A stretch of DNA of 64,000 bases, taken from assembly GCA_038064495.1 (NCBI GenBank), contig JBBTSZ010000002.1, forward strand, positions 152,934 through 216,933. Reading direction: 5' to 3'. Shown here piece by piece: positions 59,755 through 64,000 of the stretch. The stretch comes from Patescibacteria group bacterium. GTDB taxonomy: Bacteria > Patescibacteriota > Minisyncoccia > Phycocordibacterales > Phycocordibacteraceae. Made by a program: the position numbers and the translations under genes. Below the pieces are notes generated by a model. The model saw only the letters and a program-made list of their open reading frames with translations. It had not been told where the DNA came from and ran no database searches. The first letter of the stretch is position 1; every line of letters begins with the position of its first letter.

Positions 59755-60111
59755 ATGAAGCGTTTTATTGCTCTTTTTGCCACTATCGCCCTGTCTGTTT
59801 CGCCGGCCCTCGTGACCGCCGCGAAGTCTGCGCCGCAAAACGCTCGCGCACAATACGAGGCAGCTGAAGCAGCTGTCCTTGCTGCCTGCAAGGAAGCACG
59901 GATTACCAAATGCGACTTCGCCGCTCGTTACAAACTCGTGAAGTACGTTGAAATGGCTTCACGCAAGTTGCTGTTCACACCGGCTGGCAGTTACAAGAAT
60001 ACGACTGAGCAGAATCTGAAACTTGCGCGCAACATTCGCAAGAACAAGACTCGCTTCACGAACGGCGAATTCAACTTCACGCTTGCGCAAAGCTGGGAAG
60101 TGGTTGCATAA
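59755..60111 (+). CDS. Secreted basic hypothetical protein (orphan)
   Basis: GAGGAG SD; signal peptide MKRFIALFATIALSVSPALVTA; terminator 60133-60163. Confidence 0.65.
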   Translation: MKRFIALFATIALSVSPALVTAAKSAPQNARAQYEAAEAAVLAACKEARITKCDFAARYKLVKYVEMASRKLLFTPAGSYKNTTEQNLKLARNIRKNKTRFTNGEFNFTLAQSWEVVA

Positions 60112-60216
60112 CCACGTTTTTCCCACACGCACAAAATACCCCGAGCTTGCTCGGGGTATTTTTTCATACAAAAGGCCGCCCCCGGAGGAGCGGCCCTATG
60201 ATTTAACTGATACTGA

Positions 60217-60762
60217 CTATGCAGACACTGCCGTCAGGCGTGAGATATTTTCCATCGGATCGAATCTTGCTGGCAAAGTCTCAACTTCCTTGGTAAAGCG
60301 GCAAAGCATGTCGTTCATGAGTGGCATGAAAGCCAGGTCATGGACTAGGTTCAGTACACCGAGTCTGCCACCAACCTCAACTCCGATAAGTGCGTGCCGG
60401 GTAGACCAGCCGATGCACGAACTGAGATACTTGCCGGCTGTAAGTGTGAGAAGTACCTCAACTGAGCTCACCACAAATGGGCTCAGTTCGTCTGGCGACT
60501 TCGGCATTCGAGAAAGAAGTCGAAGTGTAGCAGTTTGGCAGCCGTGGCTGTCCATTTCATATGTCCGGTAGTGAAGGGCACCTTGCGGGTAATCTTTCGC
60601 GGGTGCATTTGGTTGGACTGACATAAGCGGTTGCACCCACTCGATTGCGCTTGCGCGGCGAATGTTCATCCGCTTACCTTGGTTGGTGGCGTAGTCGGCC
60701 AGTATCCCGTCGCGAACATTCTGCACCAGCGAAATGAGCTGGTTAATATCAACAGTGCTCAT
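60217..60762 (-). CDS. Hypothetical protein (orphan)
   Basis: AGGAG SD; 181 aa; hairpin terminator about 60173-60195. Confidence 0.6.
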   Translation of the reverse strand: MSTVDINQLISLVQNVRDGILADYATNQGKRMNIRRASAIEWVQPLMSVQPNAPAKDYPQGALHYRTYEMDSHGCQTATLRLLSRMPKSPDELSPFVVSSVEVLLTLTAGKYLSSCIGWSTRHALIGVEVGGRLGVLNLVHDLAFMPLMNDMLCRFTKEVETLPARFDPMENISRLTAVSA

Positions 60763-60850
60763 CTGAATTCTCCTGTAGCAAGAAGACCAGTCTTCCTCGG
60801 TGAGTATAGGGCACTAAGCACCACAAGCAACTTTTCATAGCAGAGACCTT

Positions 60851-61573
60851 TCACAAAAGTTCACGCACCAGATTATGATATATGCCATCAATACTCCCCA
60901 TTATCCTTGCAAAATAAAGTCGCCCCGGGACACGCACGGCCATGGTTCCGTATGGAAGAGTAGTCCCTGGTCTAATTTTTTTGCTAGCTTTACTCACTGC
61001 ATTTGAATACCAGAATTTCTCTTTTGGAATGCCACTAATGTTTGACCAGTATCGCTTAGCCGTATTTGGGTCGATACCATCATATAAACGCAATTCACCG
61101 GACAATTTCTCTTCGGGTACATGTAGAGACTCTCGAATAAATCTCATAAAAACCTGAATCACTCTCGGATCAGAGTTTGTAAAAATCAAGCGAGGAGTTT
61201 TTCCAATTCCACCACTTTTCGTACCTTCACCCCAATAGAGTGTTGTTCCTATGAGAAAGATTTCACGTTGCGTAAGAGCTCCTACCAAATCCTTACCAGT
61301 AATATATGCCGTAGCATCGGCGTCACGTATCTTTCTTGACCTTTCATCATTAAATTTCTTAAATCCAGACCTCGCCGTTTTCTCGGTAGTATGTAGAAGT
61401 CTCTTTTTAGCATCAGCGGATAACGCAAGGTCCTTGAGCCAATGACTTAGTGTGCCACGAGAACTGACCTGGAGTTTTTCCTGAATTTCCCTATAGCTGA
61501 AACCTGAAAGACGTAGATTAATGGCCTTCTCCTTGGTTCCTGGAGGGACTCGTTGCCTATATTTTGAACCCAT
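60851..61573 (-). CDS. HTH + LAGLIDADG-like domain protein, tRNA-adjacent
   Basis: N-terminal G.SYREI...L.VS.RGTLS.W HTH; GTTLYWGEGTK helix; FTNSDP; YWS; AT-rich. Confidence 0.7.
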   Translation of the reverse strand: MGSKYRQRVPPGTKEKAINLRLSGFSYREIQEKLQVSSRGTLSHWLKDLALSADAKKRLLHTTEKTARSGFKKFNDERSRKIRDADATAYITGKDLVGALTQREIFLIGTTLYWGEGTKSGGIGKTPRLIFTNSDPRVIQVFMRFIRESLHVPEEKLSGELRLYDGIDPNTAKRYWSNISGIPKEKFWYSNAVSKASKKIRPGTTLPYGTMAVRVPGRLYFARIMGSIDGIYHNLVRELL

Positions 61574-61631
61574 ATATACATTTTAATAGGCACTCTAAGG
61601 AGTACCAATTATACTGTGTGGACATAAATCA

Positions 61632-61703
61632 TGACCCTACGGAGAATCGAACTCCGATTTCCTGCGTGAAAGGCGGGCGTCCTAACCGTTAGACGATAGG
61701 GCC
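61632..61703 (-). tRNA. tRNA-Glu(TTC)
   Basis: GGCCCTA/TAGGGTC acceptor; loop CTTTCAC; TTCGATT. Confidence 0.93.
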
Positions 61704-61757
61704 ACACTGCTATATCCTACATTTTTACAGCCTAAAATGCTAGGATTTGCGAACCCG

Positions 61758-61842
61758 GGAGAGGTGCGTGAGTGGTTGAAACGACCGGTTTCGAAAACCG
61801 GCATACCGCAAGGTATCGAGGGTTCAAATCCCTCCCTCTCCG
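61758..61842 (+). tRNA. tRNA-Ser(CGA)
   Basis: GGAGAGG/CCTCTCC acceptor; CCGGT-TTCGAAA-ACCGG; long variable arm. Confidence 0.95.
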
Positions 61843-61948
61843 CTCTTGACAAAGAGTTATTGATATGTTTATATAATGTCAGATTTGGATTTTGAGCTAT
61901 TGTGGCTCAAAACAAGCACATTCCCAAGCAAAACAGGAGGTACAGCAA

Positions 61949-62806
61949 ATGACACTTACCGAACTTCTGCAGATCGGCGACGAGGTCGTCTTTAAGGTCG
62001 ACCCCGAACGTCGCGCGTGGACGGACACCTACAAGGATGTTCCCGACGGCACCAAGGGTATCGTATGCGGCTTCTACGATGCCGTCATCTACGAATCTCG
62101 TGTGCCGGTTCTCGTGCATCAACCCGGCGTCTACCACCGCAAGGGCGCGGTGTCGGTCTGGCTTCGAGACGGCCGTGTCGTTCCCGGTGACTGGTCGATC
62201 GAGATGGTCGACAAGGACCAGGAGAAGCGTCGCGACGCCGCACTGCGTGGCGCCGACGGCGTGCTTCGCACCGAACAGGTACGCCTCGGCGACCTGCCGG
62301 AAACCAAGTTCTGGGAACAGGACAAGGTGCGTGTCCGCTTTCCGCATGACGGCAACGAGCACGAGATGGTCATCGGCCGTATCGACTACCATCACCTGCA
62401 CAAGTGTCGTGACGACGGCTCACCATGGCCTTTCTACGATGTGCGGCGGTACATGGAAGGTGGTCAGATCAGCGCCGAGGAGTCGTGGATTGAGCTCATC
62501 GAGCGCGGCAACGTCTGGAAGTATCACAACAACCAGCCGCTCTCGTTCGCCGATCTGAAGGAGGAAGCCAGCTTCTTCCAACTGGTCGGACAGACCGAGG
62601 AGATGCGCAATCCGGCGAACGGCTACTACAGCTGGACGAAGGATGAAGTGCTCGAGGCCATCAAGAATGGCACCGTGCACGGCTTCTCGGTCAGTAGCGG
62701 CTTCTTCGGCTCCGGTCCGCATATCAACGCTCAGCGCTTCAAGGACGAGGCGCTCGGCAAGCGAGTTGCGAAGGCTACGCTCGAAGGCTTTGACATCGCC
62801 GCCTGA
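61949..62806 (+). CDS. GC-rich hypothetical protein (orphan, likely horizontally acquired)
   Basis: AGGAGG SD; strong C/G third-position bias; terminator about 62835-62878. Confidence 0.75.
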   Translation: MTLTELLQIGDEVVFKVDPERRAWTDTYKDVPDGTKGIVCGFYDAVIYESRVPVLVHQPGVYHRKGAVSVWLRDGRVVPGDWSIEMVDKDQEKRRDAALRGADGVLRTEQVRLGDLPETKFWEQDKVRVRFPHDGNEHEMVIGRIDYHHLHKCRDDGSPWPFYDVRRYMEGGQISAEESWIELIERGNVWKYHNNQPLSFADLKEEASFFQLVGQTEEMRNPANGYYSWTKDEVLEAIKNGTVHGFSVSSGFFGSGPHINAQRFKDEALGKRVAKATLEGFDIAA

Positions 62807-63007
62807 ACAACCACTACGTGACTTCGGTCACATCAGGGCACCCATGGACTCTGTCCCTCTGGGTGCCCTTTCTTTTTTATAATTTCTCTTCAAAACGGCG
62901 CGGATTTGCACACATCATTGGTCACCAGGGTTCAATTCAAAATACATTCGAACTTCGTTCAACACGCACCGCATCTATATTCAGAAATACTTGGTAAGAT
63001 ATCTGCA

Positions 63008-63490
63008 ATGATTAGTCTTTTGCGCAGTCTTTCGTACCTCCTCATATGTGTACTTGGATTGTTCGTGTGGTTTGGTATGTACCGCACCTGGCAACTGGAG
63101 CGAAGCCCCGACCAAGCCCGTTTTCTTGCAGGAACCATTCCCCAAGCATTCCCGGACGGTCTCTATACAGGAAGTGTTCCTGGTCACAAAGTCTCCTGGC
63201 TCGGTAAGAAATTTGATGCAATACATTGGTCAGGCATAAATCTTTTTGAAAACGGAAGCAGTACACCGAGCGAGAAATACCCGTTTGTCACGAGTGAGGA
63301 AAGGGGACTACGTGATACCTACACGAACGTTATTGTGATTGACTACGATATTGAAGAAAATCCCTTCTGGCTTCGTCCTATTCGCGACGAAATTGTCGAG
63401 ATTGGTCCGGGACACTTCCTTGGTAAGTTACAGGTGCGACTCATTCCGTGGTATCCCTTCACACTGGCTTTCTTTGAATTGAAGAAGTAG
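63008..63490 (+). CDS. Hypothetical protein with N-terminal TM
   Basis: -10 TAAGAT 7 nt before ATG; W.GK.F...DY...NP.W.R.IRDE.V...PG..LG. Confidence 0.7.
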   Translation: MISLLRSLSYLLICVLGLFVWFGMYRTWQLERSPDQARFLAGTIPQAFPDGLYTGSVPGHKVSWLGKKFDAIHWSGINLFENGSSTPSEKYPFVTSEERGLRDTYTNVIVIDYDIEENPFWLRPIRDEIVEIGPGHFLGKLQVRLIPWYPFTLAFFELKK

Positions 63491-63503
63491 GTAACATAAA
63501 CTC

Positions 63504-63812
63504 ATGAAAAAGAGCTTTACCGATAGGGTGTATGCGGTCGCAGCGACTATTCCGAAAGGGAAGGTGGCGACGTACGGACAACTCGCGAAGCTGGCAGGAA
63601 ACGCCAAAGCCGCACGAGCGGTCGGGAGCGCTATGCGGAACAATCCAAGCCGAAAGACGGTTCCGTGCCACCGCGTGGTGGGAAGCACGGGCGCTTTCAC
63701 GGGTTACGCATTTGGTAAAGGAATCCCAACAAAGAAAGCGTTACTCCTCAAAGAAGGAGTGAAGTTTACAGAGAATAAGGTGAATCTGAAGCTCTCACTC
63801 TGGAAGAAGTAA
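63504..63812 (+). CDS. ogt: O6-methylguanine-DNA methyltransferase (C-terminal domain only)
   Basis: IPKG.V.TYG.LA, ARAVG, PCHRVV active site. Confidence 0.88.
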   Translation: MKKSFTDRVYAVAATIPKGKVATYGQLAKLAGNAKAARAVGSAMRNNPSRKTVPCHRVVGSTGAFTGYAFGKGIPTKKALLLKEGVKFTENKVNLKLSLWKK

Positions 63813-63814
63813 TC

Positions 63815-64000
63815 ATGAATGTTCCGAAGGCTCCTCCGTGTGCCGAGTGCGGCAGCGACCCCGTGTTCCATCGAATGACGTATTACACGATACTCATTGA
63901 TGACACGATGCGTGGCATTCTTGACCCTGGATTTGTGGGTCGTTTTTTAAATCCGCTGGTTTTTAAGGTAGAAGAGGTGCTTAGTCCACTCTTCATCTCA
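63815..64000 (+). CDS. Hypothetical protein, 3' truncated by window edge
   Basis: ATG 2 nt after ogt stop; open to end; MNVPKAPPCAECG. Confidence 0.55.
   Translation, partial: MNVPKAPPCAECGSDPVFHRMTYYTILIDDTMRGILDPGFVGRFLNPLVFKVEEVLSPLFIS

Noticed and set aside
61589-61606. CIRCE-like GGCACTC..GAGTACC
   Set aside because: Spacer is 4 nt rather than 9 and it is not near heat-shock genes; treated as a local operator
62948-62961. CGAACTTCGTTC as an SOS box upstream of the ogt operon
   Set aside because: Spacer is 3 nt and it lacks the extended GGT/ACC arms of the lexA operator

Overview
Gene-dense bacterial chromosome segment in the standard genetic code. The compact genes, mostly Shine-Dalgarno-free starts, shortened ValRS, Fe-S-deficient glycosylases and DUF2914/DUF192/PrsW/DoxX content suggest a Patescibacteria (CPR, Parcubacteria-like) genome; this placement is inference. 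It carries housekeeping genes (typA, lepA, groES/groEL, secG, rnj, valS, tsaD, tsaC, mltG, murJ, DEAD-box and Pif1-like helicases), thiol-redox and repair genes (dipZ, dsbA, msrA/B, VKOR, bcp, glutaredoxin, nth, mutY, ogt), an RND pump, a lexA/umuD-small ORF-umuC cassette with a palindromic operator, RNase P RNA, six tRNAs and about a dozen orphan genes. The most unusual signals are non-coding. (1) Seven copies of a ~120-155 bp palindromic element all sit in sense orientation at stop codons, with a shared core but copy-specific basal stems, several of which pair with the host gene's last codons. (2) Two different tRNA genes carry trailers of identical architecture: an antisense copy of that tRNA's own 3' end, a shared 19-mer CCGAAAGCGTACTCGCGTT, then a sense copy of the same 3' end. 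(3) An HTH plus LAGLIDADG-like gene lies directly behind a tRNA. (4) Many core genes appear leaderless while the orphan genes have strong SD sites. No CRISPR array, integrase or transposase was seen.
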